Of a DNA stretch of 64,000 bases, positions 16,299 through 27,303 are shown piece by piece. The stretch is taken from positions 29,562-93,561 of the IMG/VR virus record IMGVR_UViG_3300019776_000165; one strand, written 5' to 3'. Both the position numbers and the translations under genes were made by a program. The DNA is from a virus. Under the pieces are notes generated by a model. It did not search any database. It was not told where the DNA came from and saw only the letters and a program-made list of their open reading frames with translations. Position 1 is the first letter of the stretch, and each line of letters begins with the position of its first letter.

Positions 16299-16430
16299 AA
16301 AATCTTTAGTTAGTAAAAGAGTTTAGGCACACAAGTACACCGTTTTAAGGTGAACTTATGTTGTAACAAGGTAAAGGTCATGTGGCATTAACTCGGAAAA
16401 CGACCAAGAGAACGAAAAGAGAAAACACTT

Positions 16431-17207
16431 ATGGGAAAAGATACCCCTGAAACTGCAGAAGATGCAGTAGTTACAGAAACCGCTCCAACTCCTTCTGAGG
16501 CTTTTGCTGACGAGGTTAACACTCAAGGTCAGTTTACTGCTGAGGACATTGCTAAGGCACGTGCTCAGGAGAAGGCCAAGGTGTACCCTCAGATTGAAAA
16601 GTTGCAAGAGGAACTTTCCGTCTTGAAGAAGGAACGTGAAGAGCAGGCCGCTCGTGAGGCAGAACTCAAGGAGCGTCGTGCAAAGCGTGAGGCTGAAAAG
16701 GCACTGGAGCAAAAGAAGCAAGAAGAAGCAGAACTTGAGGTTCGTGACCTACTTGCTAAAAAGGAACAAGAATGGGCTGCTCGACTTGAAAACGAGCGCC
16801 TTGAGCGGGAGAAGGCATTTGCCCTTCTTGAGCGTGAACGTGAGTTCCAGGAGTTGACCTCTTTTAGACAGCAACGCCTAGAGCAAGAGCGTGAAAACAT
16901 CATCCCTGAATTGATTGATTTGATTTCGGGAAACACCAAGGAAGAAATTGAGCAGAGCATCCTTGGGTTGAAAGAACGTTCTGCAAAAATCTTCGAGTCT
17001 GTTGCACAAGCAAGTCAGCAGACTCGCAAGGAGATGGTTGGTTCTCGTGTAACGATGCCAGCCTCTGGACCCCTCGACAACGATTCGGAACAAAGTTCGT
17101 ACTCTCCTAATGACATCTCCAAGATGTCGCTGGCGGATTATGCGAAGAACCGTGCCAAATTGCTTGGCACAGCAAGCAACAACAGAGGTCAGGGTCTCTT
17201 CGGATAA
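16431..17207 (+). CDS. Capsid scaffolding protein
   Basis: E/K/R coiled coil immediately before capsid gene. Confidence 0.8.
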   Translation: MGKDTPETAEDAVVTETAPTPSEAFADEVNTQGQFTAEDIAKARAQEKAKVYPQIEKLQEELSVLKKEREEQAAREAELKERRAKREAEKALEQKKQEEAELEVRDLLAKKEQEWAARLENERLEREKAFALLEREREFQELTSFRQQRLEQERENIIPELIDLISGNTKEEIEQSILGLKERSAKIFESVAQASQQTRKEMVGSRVTMPASGPLDNDSEQSSYSPNDISKMSLADYAKNRAKLLGTASNNRGQGLFG

Positions 17208-17243
17208 CCCCAACAATAAACAATCCTGAAAGGAAAAACCTAA

Positions 17244-18356
17244 ATGGCATCTGCTATTACAGGTTCGGGCCAACTCGCTTCGGCCCCAACAGCGTACAGT
17301 GGCTCAAACAGCCAACTGTCGCAGGCAATTCAAACAATCTGGTCGAAGGAAATCCTATTCCAGGCCATGCCAATTCTACGCTTCGAGCAGTTCGCTGTTA
17401 AGAAGACTGAACTTGGTGTTGCACCTGGTCTCCGTGTTAACTTCCTACGTTACAAGAACTTCGCAGTGGACCCAACTCCACTTACCGAAGGTGTACGTAT
17501 GACCACCAACGCACTGACCGCAGAGCAGATTGCTATTACCGTTGCTGAGCACGGCTACGCAGTTGCAGTTTCCGAACTGCTTCTGAACGCTTCGTTCGAC
17601 GACATCATGGCTTCGGCTTCCCGCCTTCTAGGTCGCCACATGGCACAGTACCTAGACGTTCAGGCTCGTGACACCCTTTCGGCTGCTACTTCGGCTGTAT
17701 TCGGTTACGACCGTTCGGGCATCACTGGCGGTGCTTTCACCAACTACGACGAGGGTACTGCTGCAACTTCGCTGGCTGGCGTTACTGCTGACCACAAGTT
17801 GACCACTGGTGCTATCAAGGATGCCGCTCTTACCCTTGCTGGTAAGAACATCCCTCGTATCGGTGAGACCTACGTTCAGTTCATCCACCCTAAGCAGTCT
17901 CGTGACCTTCGCTCGAACCCAGAGTTCATCGAAGTTACCAAGTACGCTGCTCCAGGTAACTTCATGCTAGGTGAGATTGGTCGTCTATACGACGTCGTCT
18001 TCATCGAGACCACTCAGGTCAAGAAGTTGGCTCAGGGTACCGTAGTTGACTACAGCGGTGCTATCGGCGCTCTCACTGACCAGACCAGCGTTCCTGTAAA
18101 GGCTAACACTGGCCCAGGTCTTGGTGGTAACCCAGAGAACCCAGGCGCAACTGCTCCTACTGGTACTCTAACCGCTGATGTCTACGAGTCGATTATGATT
18201 GGTGACAACGCATTCGGTCACGCTATCTCGCTTCCAGTTGAACTCCGTGACGGTGGTGTTCTTGACTTCGGTCGTGAGCACGCTCTTGCATGGTACGCCA
18301 TCTGGGGTCTTGGTATCATTACCGACCAGGCTATTACTAAGGTTTACACCGCTTAA
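17244..18356 (+). CDS. Major capsid protein (N4-gp56 type)
   Basis: LTEGV, EHGYAV, IHPKQ, GEIGRL, DFGRE..AWY. Confidence 0.92.
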   Translation: MASAITGSGQLASAPTAYSGSNSQLSQAIQTIWSKEILFQAMPILRFEQFAVKKTELGVAPGLRVNFLRYKNFAVDPTPLTEGVRMTTNALTAEQIAITVAEHGYAVAVSELLLNASFDDIMASASRLLGRHMAQYLDVQARDTLSAATSAVFGYDRSGITGGAFTNYDEGTAATSLAGVTADHKLTTGAIKDAALTLAGKNIPRIGETYVQFIHPKQSRDLRSNPEFIEVTKYAAPGNFMLGEIGRLYDVVFIETTQVKKLAQGTVVDYSGAIGALTDQTSVPVKANTGPGLGGNPENPGATAPTGTLTADVYESIMIGDNAFGHAISLPVELRDGGVLDFGREHALAWYAIWGLGIITDQAITKVYTA

Positions 18357-18375
18357 TAGCAAACAACTCGCTGAA

Positions 18376-18403
18376 GGTGGGGGCTCCGTAAGGGGCCCCC
18401 ATC
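18376..18403 (+). terminator. GNRA-capped hairpin after capsid gene
   Basis: GGTGGGGGCTCC-GTAA-GGGGCCCCCATC, no U tract. Confidence 0.6.
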
Positions 18404-18440
18404 CAAGGCAAACAAATAAACAAACAGGAAGACAATTATC

Positions 18441-18809
18441 GTGGCAAATAAACCAACTAGTCCTCAGGACGCAACAGGCCGTGCAGCAGAAGAGGCTGCC
18501 AAGCGCAACGCCGCTGAACTTGACAAGCGACGTGAAGAAATCTCTATCAGCCGTCAGGCTGAGGCTATCAGCCTAGAGAACGACGTATTCGACCCTAAGA
18601 AGCCTGACGAGCCTCTACTTATTGACGAGGTTGAAGAGGTCGGAGTTTCCGTAAACAATGACAAGGTAGTTATTCGTACTATCTCTGACATTGAGGATAT
18701 GACTTTCGGCGTGGGCAATAACTACACCTTTAAGGCTGGAGTTAAGTACTCAGTCCCACGTGAACTGGCTAACTATCTTGCTCAACTAGGGTACACCTGG
18801 AAGCAGTAA
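18441..18809 (+). CDS. Head-associated hypothetical protein
   Basis: Follows capsid gene. Confidence 0.7.
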   Translation: MANKPTSPQDATGRAAEEAAKRNAAELDKRREEISISRQAEAISLENDVFDPKKPDEPLLIDEVEEVGVSVNNDKVVIRTISDIEDMTFGVGNNYTFKAGVKYSVPRELANYLAQLGYTWKQ

Positions 18810-18823
18810 TAGCCCTTTAGACT

Positions 18824-18871
18824 GTCCCCCTTGCTGGTACTCCCGCCCTCCTCCCAGCAGGGGGGACTTTT
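18824..18871 (+). terminator. Terminator with long C-rich loop
   Basis: GTCCCCCTTGCTGG/CCAGCAGGGGGGAC plus TTTT. Confidence 0.7.
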
Positions 18872-18936
18872 CACGTTTGGGCTGTATTTATCCCCTAAAT
18901 CGGGGAACATAGAACCATAAAGATTTTGGAGGATTC

Positions 18937-19995
18937 GTGGCAACGATTTCAAGCCTCATTAGTAGGGTACGCCTAGAACTTGGCGACCTCGGTAAGACTT
19001 TCGTCGAACAGTTCGTTGCAGACGGGTCTACCAACCGTTTTAAACTCCAACACGCTCCTCTAGAGGGAACTAGCCTCATTGTGTACCTAAACGGAGTTGA
19101 CGTCTCCGACACCTGCTCCGTAGAAGAATCTACAGGAATTCTAGTTCTAACAGACGTACCTGCAGATGGTGACGAACTTACTATTAGCGGAACTTACTAC
19201 CGCTACTTTACTAACGCTGAACTTACTACACTGGTTACGGATGCTGTAGGACAGCACTCGGCAGGTCACTTAGATGAAATTGGCCGCAAGATAACTCCAG
19301 AGAACCTCCCAGTCATTGAAGAGTATCCTGTTGCAATTTACGCCGTAACTTTGGCTCTGTACACTCTTGCTACAGACTCCGCTTTTGACATTGACATTCA
19401 AGCCCCAGACGGTGTGAGCATCCCACGTTCGGAGCGTTACCGCCAACTTATGGACATGGTAACTGCTCGTCAAACACAGTACCGTGACCTTTGTGTGCAA
19501 CTCGGTCTTGGTATGTACAAGATTGATGTGTTTACGCTCCGTAGAATCTCCAAGGCTACTGGACGTTACGTCCCTGTTTACAAGCCACAAGAAGTAGATG
19601 ACCGCTCTTACCCACAGCGAGTACACGACCAGTTGCCTTCGTATGGAAGCAAGGAATCTCCTTGGCCTACAGATGGTGGAGAACTTACCGCTTACCAAGG
19701 CCGTGCTTACGAGGGCACAGTCACTTTCACTGGTGACTTTACTGGCAAGTCGTTTGTGGCTTACCTGCTCAACCAGCGTGGCAGCGTACTAGTAGTTCAA
19801 AACTTTGAGTTGTCAGTAACTACTGAGGATGACCTAAACTACATCGCTACTATCTCTTTGGTTGCAGACAAGACTATACGCTTGGCTGAACGCACCTACT
19901 GGTCCATTCAGTCTGTAGACGATGTTACTTCTGAGAAGATTGAAATTAAGGGCGGCAACTTCTTTACCCAACGAGTTAGTACGGTGGTTCTATAA
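18937..19995 (+). CDS. Head-tail adaptor/neck protein
   Basis: Position; N-terminal [10 protein letters not shown] adaptor-like helix. Confidence 0.65.
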   Translation: MATISSLISRVRLELGDLGKTFVEQFVADGSTNRFKLQHAPLEGTSLIVYLNGVDVSDTCSVEESTGILVLTDVPADGDELTISGTYYRYFTNAELTTLVTDAVGQHSAGHLDEIGRKITPENLPVIEEYPVAIYAVTLALYTLATDSAFDIDIQAPDGVSIPRSERYRQLMDMVTARQTQYRDLCVQLGLGMYKIDVFTLRRISKATGRYVPVYKPQEVDDRSYPQRVHDQLPSYGSKESPWPTDGGELTAYQGRAYEGTVTFTGDFTGKSFVAYLLNQRGSVLVVQNFELSVTTEDDLNYIATISLVADKTIRLAERTYWSIQSVDDVTSEKIEIKGGNFFTQRVSTVVL

Positions 19996-20546
19996 TGCCT
20001 TTGTATCCAGAAATTGACACAGAACTTCTTCCAGGAGTCCCAGGACAGAGAGGACCAACAGGTGCCCAAGGTATCCAAGGTGTACAAGGTAGTACAGGGC
20101 CAACTGGTCCGACTGGACCTCAGGGAAGTATTGGCTTGTCAGGGCCAACTGGACCTACTGGAGCAACTGGACCAACAGGCCCTACGGGACCTACAGGACC
20201 AGTCGGACCAGTAACTCCTGCTTCTCAAATAACTGGTTCGTATGGTGACTGGGGAACGTTTATTGCTGCTCACCCTACAGGTAACCCTGGAGACATTTAC
20301 ATTGTTGGCGGGATTATGTACTCGTGGACAGTAATAAGCCCAGACGTAACTGACTGGGTTCAAATTGGTCCTGCTCAACTTTGGACTACTTATTCGGGGG
20401 ACCCTTCAAACACGTTTGTACTACAATCAGTAACTGATGCCCCCACAATAAGCACCCCAAATGTAGGGTGGCTATCTGTAACAAACGGGTCATTAATTTA
20501 CAGTTTTGGCAGTTGGTCTACCGTTTTAGCAACACCGCCAGCGTAA
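19995..20546 (+). CDS. Collagen-like fibre protein
   Basis: GPT/GXX repeats. Confidence 0.8.
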   Translation: MPLYPEIDTELLPGVPGQRGPTGAQGIQGVQGSTGPTGPTGPQGSIGLSGPTGPTGATGPTGPTGPTGPVGPVTPASQITGSYGDWGTFIAAHPTGNPGDIYIVGGIMYSWTVISPDVTDWVQIGPAQLWTTYSGDPSNTFVLQSVTDAPTISTPNVGWLSVTNGSLIYSFGSWSTVLATPPA

Positions 20547-20562
20547 TACTAACAGGAGCATA

Positions 20563-20868
20563 ATGTCATTAAACTTTCCCTCTTCACCTACGGTGGGGCA
20601 GGTTTACTCTTACGGGGATAAATCATGGGTATGGAACGGTAAAGGCTGGGAAGCGTCAGCAAGTTCTAGCCCAGCGTTTGCTTACACCGCAACAATCTCC
20701 ACGCCTTCAGATACATGGAACATTACACATAACCTTAACTTCTACCCCAACATAATGATACAAGACAACTTTGACACTATTTTGGAGTGTGAAGTTACCT
20801 ACAATAGTCTTAACGACGTTACCTTAACTTTCTCAGCGCCTTCTCAAGGTAAAGCGCACTTCTCCTAA
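20563..20868 (+). CDS. Fibre adaptor protein
   Basis: N-terminal FPSSPTVG..YSYGDKSWVWNGKGW, then WNITHNL domain. Confidence 0.7.
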   Translation: MSLNFPSSPTVGQVYSYGDKSWVWNGKGWEASASSSPAFAYTATISTPSDTWNITHNLNFYPNIMIQDNFDTILECEVTYNSLNDVTLTFSAPSQGKAHFS

Positions 20869-20878
20869 GGAATTCTAA

Positions 20879-22867
20879 ATGGCACGTTCATTTTTGACAA
20901 ACATCTCAATGAATCAGAACCAGATTACTGGTCTGAGACTTGAGAACGCATCGAGCGTACCTGGTACCGCTGGTGCCACTGGTCAAATTATCTTTGTCAA
21001 CAATGGTTCGACCATTACTGACACTTACGTGTACACTGGTGCTGCCTGGACTAAGTTAACTCGTTCAGGAACTATTACTAACTCTGACCTTTCTGGCACC
21101 GCAGGCATCACCAATGCTAACCTAGCAAACTCTGCTGTAACCATTGGTACTACCTCAATTTCTCTTGGTGCATCGTCTACCACTTTAGCGGGTATGACCA
21201 CCATTAACGCCCACACAGTGCCGACTGGTACTGCCAGCACCTACCTGCTTGCAAGCAACATCGGTGGTTCGGTTCAGGCTTGGGATGCTGACCTTGACGC
21301 CATCGCTGCACTGGCTGGAACTTCTGGCTTCCTGAAAAAGACTGCGGCAAATACTTGGTCGCTAGACACTAACACTTACCTGACATCGTCTACTGGTGTT
21401 ACTACTTTCTCTGGTGGTACTACTGGACTTACTCCTTCGTCTGCTACTTCTGGTGCCATTACCCTTGCGGGAACACTAGCCGTTGCTAACGGTGGTACAG
21501 GTGTTACTACATCAACAGGTACTGGTAGCGTTGTTCTTTCGGCAAGCCCAACGTTCACTGGTAACGTAACCGTTCCTACTCCTACAAATGGAACTGACGC
21601 CGCTAACAAGGCCTATGTTGATGCTGCTGTTGTGGGTATCGACTGGAAGCCATCAGTACGTGTAGCCACCACTACTGCTGGAACTCTGGCTTCATCGTTT
21701 GCTAACGGCTCAAGCGTTGATGGTGTAACTCTTGCTACTGGTGACCGAATCCTTATTAAGGACCAGGCCACTGGTTCTGAAAACGGTATCTATACTGTTA
21801 ACGCTTCGGGTGCCCCTACTCGTGCCACTGATGCAGATACATCAGCCGAAGTTACCTCAGGCCTCGCAGTATTTGTTGAAGAAGGTACCACAAACGCCGA
21901 CAGCGGTTGGGTGCTCACAACAAACTCCCCTATTACTTTGGGAACCACTGCGCTGGTCTTTACTCAGTTTACTGGTCTTGGACAAATAACTGCAGGTGCT
22001 GGTCTTACTAAGACTGGTAACACTATCGATGTTGTTACCGCCGATGCCGCTCGCATTACCGTTAACGCAAACTCTATTGACATTTCTGCCACATACGTTG
22101 GTCAAACATCTATTACAACTCTGGGCACTATTGCCTCTGGTACTTGGAACGCCTCAACTATTACCGTTCCATACGGAGGAACTGGAGCAACAACTCTAAC
22201 CTCTAACGGTGTTCTTCTTGGTAACGGTACTTCTGCAATCAGTGCTACAACTGCTGGAACTGCTGACCAGGTTCTACGCATTCCTGGTGCAGGTGGTGCT
22301 CCAGCCTTTGGTGCAATTGACCTCACAAAGTCTGCAGCAGTAACTGGTGCCCTAACCGTAACTAACGGTGGTACTGGCGCAGCATCATTCTCTAACAACA
22401 ACAGCCTGTTGCTTACTGGCGCTTCTGGTACAGCCGCCCTGACCAGCATTGCTAATGGTACTTCGGGTTATGTTCTAACCTCAAATGGCGCTGGTGTTGC
22501 ACCTACTTGGCAGGCTTCTCAGTCGTCTAAGTACACTGCTACTAACCCTACTGCCACTGGTACCTACTACTACCTATCCAGCGGTGTAGTTTACTGGATT
22601 ATCCAGCAGTCTACTCACGGCCTATCAGCAACTAACCAAGCCCTCAATGTCTCTCTTTACGCAATCAACTCAGACGGCTCTGGAAACACTAAGACGGGTG
22701 CCAACACTTTGGTAGACGTAGACTCCATTGTGGTTAACCAAACTTTGAGCACTACTAACGCCGTTGCTAATGGTGTAGCATTGGCTAGTGGTGACATCGT
22801 CCTTAACTGGAACGCTGCTGCCCTACCAACAACTGCAAGCACCTATCGAGTCGTAATTACAGGATAA
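20879..22867 (+). CDS. Long Ser/Thr/Gly-rich tail fibre
   Basis: DAANKAYVD, VRVATT, GDRILIKDQ..ENGIY, GGTG repeats. Confidence 0.8.
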   Translation: MARSFLTNISMNQNQITGLRLENASSVPGTAGATGQIIFVNNGSTITDTYVYTGAAWTKLTRSGTITNSDLSGTAGITNANLANSAVTIGTTSISLGASSTTLAGMTTINAHTVPTGTASTYLLASNIGGSVQAWDADLDAIAALAGTSGFLKKTAANTWSLDTNTYLTSSTGVTTFSGGTTGLTPSSATSGAITLAGTLAVANGGTGVTTSTGTGSVVLSASPTFTGNVTVPTPTNGTDAANKAYVDAAVVGIDWKPSVRVATTTAGTLASSFANGSSVDGVTLATGDRILIKDQATGSENGIYTVNASGAPTRATDADTSAEVTSGLAVFVEEGTTNADSGWVLTTNSPITLGTTALVFTQFTGLGQITAGAGLTKTGNTIDVVTADAARITVNANSIDISATYVGQTSITTLGTIASGTWNASTITVPYGGTGATTLTSNGVLLGNGTSAISATTAGTADQVLRIPGAGGAPAFGAIDLTKSAAVTGALTVTNGGTGAASFSNNNSLLLTGASGTAALTSIANGTSGYVLTSNGAGVAPTWQASQSSKYTATNPTATGTYYYLSSGVVYWIIQQSTHGLSATNQALNVSLYAINSDGSGNTKTGANTLVDVDSIVVNQTLSTTNAVANGVALASGDIVLNWNAAALPTTASTYRVVITG

Positions 22868-22870
22868 TAA

Positions 22871-24541
22871 ATGGCTAGAGCATTCTTAGGGGATGTTAAC
22901 CTAACTAACCAGTTGCTCTTAAATGGTTCTGCAGGAACTTCTGGTCAAGTATTAACAAGCGGTGGCCCAAGTGGTGACCCTATTTGGTCTACCATTTCTA
23001 GTGGCAGTGGTTCGTTCTACGTGACTGGTCCTACAGCCCCTTCAGGTGCTGCCAGTGGCGACCATTGGTTGGACACCGAAACTGGCGTTCTGTTCATCTA
23101 TTTTAATGATGGAAACTCAAATCAGTGGGTAGACACGTCCCAGTCTGGATACATTGGTCCAACAGGACCCACAGGACCTACAGGTTCGGTGGCGTTAAAC
23201 GCTCTAACAATAAAATCAGATTCAGGAACTACCGAAGGCACTGACCTTTACACCTTTACTGGAGCAAGCGCTAAAAGCATAAACTTAGTTTCTGGCACAG
23301 CAATAAGCATTGCAGAAACTTCAGGTACTCTAACTTTTAATAACTCTGGTGTTACAGCGCTTTCGGGAACTACTGACCAGATTACTGTTTCGGGCTCAAC
23401 TGGTTCAGTTACCTTATCCTTGCCTTCAGCAGTTACTATCTCTGGTGCAATGACTGCTGGGTCATTTGTTACGTCTGGCGGAACTTCTACCCAATTCCTC
23501 AAAGCAGATGGTTCTGTGGACTCTTCCACTTATTTGACTTCATCGACTGGTGTTACAACAGTTAATGGCTCTTCTGGCGCTATTACTAACGTCTTAACCT
23601 CTTCTGCTACAGGTGTACAGACATTCCTTACTACCCCTTCTAGTGCCAACTTAGTGGCTATGGTTACAGACGAAACTGGTACTGGTAACCTAATGTTTAG
23701 TATCAACCCGACGCTAAGCCAAGTATCTACATCGGTTGAAGGCGGGCAGTTAAACTGGGCTCCTTCTAATGAGGTGGGTTCTACCACTTGGTTTATTGAT
23801 AGTTGGTGGAACGGAACTTCGACGCAGTTGCGTGTAGGAAATGGCTCTACAGTCATCGCCTCATTTGACCCTGCTGGTACTTTATCTGTCCCTACTGGCT
23901 CCATCTTGCCAATGGCAGGCACCACAACAGAGGCTCCAATTGACTTTGCTCCTGGAACAAACCTAACTACACCCACCCAAGGGGCCATGGAGTTTGACGG
24001 TAACACGTTATTTATTACTGGGGACACCACTAACGGCTCAAAAAGGCAGATTGTTCCTGCAGTACAGTACTACTACTTGGCTACTGGTGCGTCTGCTATT
24101 GCCGCTAACACCAGTTTTTTTCCGACTGCTCGACCTGCAATGCTTTCGGGACACATGTACCATTTTAAGTACTTCTTGCACTTTACTAAGAACACTGCAG
24201 GTACAGTAACTTTCCAGTTAAAGAACTCAGCAGCAGCAAACTTCACGTACATAAACGCCAGGGCAACAATCATTCCATCTGTAGGTGTTCTTGCTGCAGT
24301 AGGTAACATGATTAACGTCTATGCTGCTGGAGCAGCGACTGCAACATTTACAGCGTCTCAGTCACTTACTGCTGCTAACCATTTAGCGATTGTGGAAGGG
24401 TATTGTGTGCCAGCGGCTAACACACGTTTGGACATTGCACCTTCAGCATATGGTGCGGGTACAATCACTACTCTGGTAAGTTCTAACTACATAATTACTG
24501 ACCTTGGAACGTCAACAGCGACCCAAGGTAACTTCGGTTAA
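22871..24541 (+). CDS. Tail fibre with branching module
   Basis: GDHWLDTETG..YFNDGNSNQWV plus short collagen. Confidence 0.78.
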   Translation: MARAFLGDVNLTNQLLLNGSAGTSGQVLTSGGPSGDPIWSTISSGSGSFYVTGPTAPSGAASGDHWLDTETGVLFIYFNDGNSNQWVDTSQSGYIGPTGPTGPTGSVALNALTIKSDSGTTEGTDLYTFTGASAKSINLVSGTAISIAETSGTLTFNNSGVTALSGTTDQITVSGSTGSVTLSLPSAVTISGAMTAGSFVTSGGTSTQFLKADGSVDSSTYLTSSTGVTTVNGSSGAITNVLTSSATGVQTFLTTPSSANLVAMVTDETGTGNLMFSINPTLSQVSTSVEGGQLNWAPSNEVGSTTWFIDSWWNGTSTQLRVGNGSTVIASFDPAGTLSVPTGSILPMAGTTTEAPIDFAPGTNLTTPTQGAMEFDGNTLFITGDTTNGSKRQIVPAVQYYYLATGASAIAANTSFFPTARPAMLSGHMYHFKYFLHFTKNTAGTVTFQLKNSAAANFTYINARATIIPSVGVLAAVGNMINVYAAGAATATFTASQSLTAANHLAIVEGYCVPAANTRLDIAPSAYGAGTITTLVSSNYIITDLGTSTATQGNFG

Positions 24542-24555
24542 AGGTATAATGAACT

Positions 24556-24705
24556 ATGGCTATTGACTTTCCTGGCTCTCCTACAGTCGGAACTACTTAC
24601 ACGTATGGTGGTAGGTCCTGGACTTGGAACGGCCAGGCTTGGGTTGCTACTCCTAGCACTGCTGGTGGAGCAGATTTAAATTCATTTCTATTGATGGGAG
24701 CCTAA
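24556..24705 (+). CDS. 49-aa bipartite adaptor peptide (missed by ORF track)
   Basis: MAIDFPGSPTVGTTYTYGGRSWTWNGQAWVATPSTAGGADLNSFLLMGA; TATAAT 5 nt upstream. Confidence 0.78.
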   Translation: MAIDFPGSPTVGTTYTYGGRSWTWNGQAWVATPSTAGGADLNSFLLMGA

Positions 24706-24706
24706 C

Positions 24707-25039
24707 TTGGCTACAACATATAAGGTATTGGGGCAGTCAGCCCCTTCGAGCACATCTAACGCCACACTATACACGGTGCCTGCGTCTACTTCGGCTGTGC
24801 TCAGCACTATCAGTGTTACTAACACCACTACTTCAGCGGCTACTTACCGCATTTTTATTCGTGTAGCGGGAGCAACTGCGGCTGCCTCGAACGCCTTTGC
24901 GTACGATGTTACCGCAGACCCTAACTCAACTACGGCATTTACTGTGGGCGTTACTTTGGCTACCACAGACGTCATCAGTGTTCAAACTGGAACAGCAAAC
25001 GCTTTGACGTTCCAAGCATTTGGAAGCGAGATTGTTTAA
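24707..25039 (+). CDS. Small beta-rich fibre adaptor
   Basis: MATTYKVLGQSAP...LYTVP...FGSEI. Confidence 0.72.
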   Translation: MATTYKVLGQSAPSSTSNATLYTVPASTSAVLSTISVTNTTTSAATYRIFIRVAGATAAASNAFAYDVTADPNSTTAFTVGVTLATTDVISVQTGTANALTFQAFGSEIV

Positions 25040-25965
25040 TGGCTATTACTCAACTACCAGCGGGCGTAAAACTTCGTAGAACAATTACCTCAACTGGTGC
25101 TGTAGATACTGCTGGAATGCCAGGAGTGGTATTTGCTGTGGTTGTTGGTGGTGGGGGCGCTGGTGGCAGCACGTCTACCTCCAACGGTGGCGGTGGAGGT
25201 GGCGGCGCAGGCGCTGTAGTTAGCGCTTGGGTGCCTGCCACCAACTATGCCACTATTGGTGCTGGAGGGACTGGTGTAGCATACTCCTCAGGTGGTGCTG
25301 GTACTGGTGTTGGTAACACAGGTGGAACAACTATTTATTCGAATCTTTACGCTTACGGAGGCACAGGCGGGGGAAGAAGTGCCACTACACCTAGCAGTGG
25401 TAACTACGGTAGTGGTGGCGGTGGCGAGGCTGGACAATCAGCCTCGGCGTCAACAAACGCCGCAACCATTTCAAACTTTATGTACTCTTTTGGCGGAGCA
25501 GGTGGCCTTGGTGGAGGCTATTCGGGCACAGTGACTTACGCTGGAACTGTTGGTGGTGCTGGACAGTCTGGTGGTGGCGGAGGAGGAAGTTGGTATAACA
25601 ACGTAAACGGAACCGCTTCTGCCACTGCTGGTGGTGCTGGAACGTTCGCTGGCGGCGGGGGTGGTGGTGTATCTTCAAACGTGGCTACTGCAACAATCCT
25701 CACTTCTGGTGCTGGTGGAGCAGGAGTTTTTGCGGGAGGAACTGCAGCAACCTCTACCTCCACTTCTACTGTTAAGTTTCTTTCAGGAGGTGGCGGAGGC
25801 GGGCTACTAGCCGCAGGAAGTAACGGAAGCATCTCCACCACAAGCGCTGACGTTGTTGGTGGTGCGGGTGGTTCTGGAGGAGGAGGCGGTGGCGGTGGCT
25901 ACACCCCCACTACTGGTGTTGTTGGTGGTGCTGGAGGGTCTGGCGCTGTTCTATTGTATTGGTGA
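25039..25965 (+). CDS. Glycine-rich adhesin-like protein
   Basis: Repeated GGGGG tracts; ends GGSGAVLLYW. Confidence 0.75.
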   Translation: MAITQLPAGVKLRRTITSTGAVDTAGMPGVVFAVVVGGGGAGGSTSTSNGGGGGGGAGAVVSAWVPATNYATIGAGGTGVAYSSGGAGTGVGNTGGTTIYSNLYAYGGTGGGRSATTPSSGNYGSGGGGEAGQSASASTNAATISNFMYSFGGAGGLGGGYSGTVTYAGTVGGAGQSGGGGGGSWYNNVNGTASATAGGAGTFAGGGGGGVSSNVATATILTSGAGGAGVFAGGTAATSTSTSTVKFLSGGGGGGLLAAGSNGSISTTSADVVGGAGGSGGGGGGGGYTPTTGVVGGAGGSGAVLLYW

Positions 25966-25967
25966 TA

Positions 25968-26156
25968 ATGATGAAAAGGTTTGCAGTTATTGGTGGCTCA
26001 ATAGTCACTAACGTAGTCATGGGCGAAAGCCTAGAAGAAGTCTCTGCTGTTGTTGGCCCATGTATAGAACTAACAGAGGAGACACTTTTCGTAGGAATAA
26101 ACTGGGCTTGGGATGGAACAACGTTCACTCCCCCACAAGACTTACCTGCCGTGTAG
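25968..26156 (+). CDS. Small fibre-associated protein/chaperone
   Basis: FAVI...VTNVV...WDGTTFTPP following Gly-rich gene. Confidence 0.6.
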   Translation: MMKRFAVIGGSIVTNVVMGESLEEVSAVVGPCIELTEETLFVGINWAWDGTTFTPPQDLPAV

Positions 26157-26189
26157 GTAAGAACTAAAAATACCCGACAAGGTAATAAG

Positions 26190-26219
26190 GTTAAAGGGTC
26201 AGGAAACTGGCCCTTTAAC
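26190..26219. terminator. GNRA hairpin before glycosyltransferase
   Basis: GTTAAAGGGTCAG-GAAA-CTGGCCCTTTAAC. Confidence 0.6.
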
Positions 26220-26234
26220 TATTTGGAGAAGAAG

Positions 26235-27281
26235 TTGAAAATAGCAGTAGTAACAATCGCTAAAAATGAAGAACAGTTTGTAGACCGCTGGTACGACTCC
26301 TGTAAAGAAGCAGATTACATTTTTGTGTTAGACACTGGTTCTACAGACGGTACTGTGGAAAAACTGTTCAAAGCAAACATTCACTACGCTATAGCCTCAG
26401 TTAATCCGTGGAGGTTTGATGATGCTAGGAACGCTGCTTTAGCGGTACTCCCAGACGACATTGACTATGTAATCAACTTGGACATGGATGAAATCCTTAT
26501 GCCTGGTTGGCGTCAAGCCTTGGAGGCTGTTCCTGAAGAAGTTACACGACCACGCTACAAGTACACGTGGTCTTGGACTAAAGACGGTAAGCCTGGCCTC
26601 CAATACAACGGAGATAAAATCCATAAGCGCCACGGGTACCGTTGGAAACACCCAGTACACGAAGTGATAGTTCCTGACCGCATTGAAGAAGTACAGGGCT
26701 GGGTGAACTTGGAGATTCACCACCATCCTGATAATTCCAAGAGTAGGTCACAGTACCTACCCCTGCTTGAACTTGCAGTACAGGAAGACCCTACGGATGA
26801 CCGCAATACTTATTACCTTGCTAGGGAGTACTTCTTTAACTCAATGCGAGATAAAGCAGCAGAGACATTTAAAACACATCTAAGCCTTCCCAAGGCTGTG
26901 TGGACTCCTGAGAGAGCGGCTTCTATGCGGTATCTAGCAAAGTGTGAACTAAACCTTTCAGAAGAATGGCTACAGAAAGCCATAAAAGAAGCGCCAGGTA
27001 GGCGTGAACCTTTAGTCGAACTGGGCTTGTATTACTACGAGAAACAAGATTGGCCTCGTTGTATGGAGTACGCTTTTGCGGCTGTGAGCATCAGCGAGAA
27101 GCCTTTGGACTATCTTTGCGAAGAGTTTGCTTGGGGAAGTATCCCTTGGGACTTGTGTGCTTTGGCCGCTTACCACCTTGGCTCTAAAGAAGAAGCAGTT
27201 TTGTACGGAACTAAAGCCCTAGAACTAGACCCAGATAATGAGAGGTTAGCCAGAAATCTGGAGTTCTATAAGGGAAAATAA
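26235..27281 (+). CDS. GT2 glycosyltransferase with TPR repeats
   Basis: IAKNEE, LDTGSTDGT, FDDARN, LDMDE, PVHE, TPR helices; likely TTG start 26235 after GGAG. Confidence 0.9.
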   Translation: MKIAVVTIAKNEEQFVDRWYDSCKEADYIFVLDTGSTDGTVEKLFKANIHYAIASVNPWRFDDARNAALAVLPDDIDYVINLDMDEILMPGWRQALEAVPEEVTRPRYKYTWSWTKDGKPGLQYNGDKIHKRHGYRWKHPVHEVIVPDRIEEVQGWVNLEIHHHPDNSKSRSQYLPLLELAVQEDPTDDRNTYYLAREYFFNSMRDKAAETFKTHLSLPKAVWTPERAASMRYLAKCELNLSEEWLQKAIKEAPGRREPLVELGLYYYEKQDWPRCMEYAFAAVSISEKPLDYLCEEFAWGSIPWDLCALAAYHLGSKEEAVLYGTKALELDPDNERLARNLEFYKGK

Positions 27282-27303
27282 TATGTAAGCACGGAGGTTT
27301 GTT

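Noticed and set aside
3747-16408. AAACGACCAAG shared upstream of NlpC/P60 and scaffold genes
   Set aside because: Single 11-mer match with different structural context; plausible by chance
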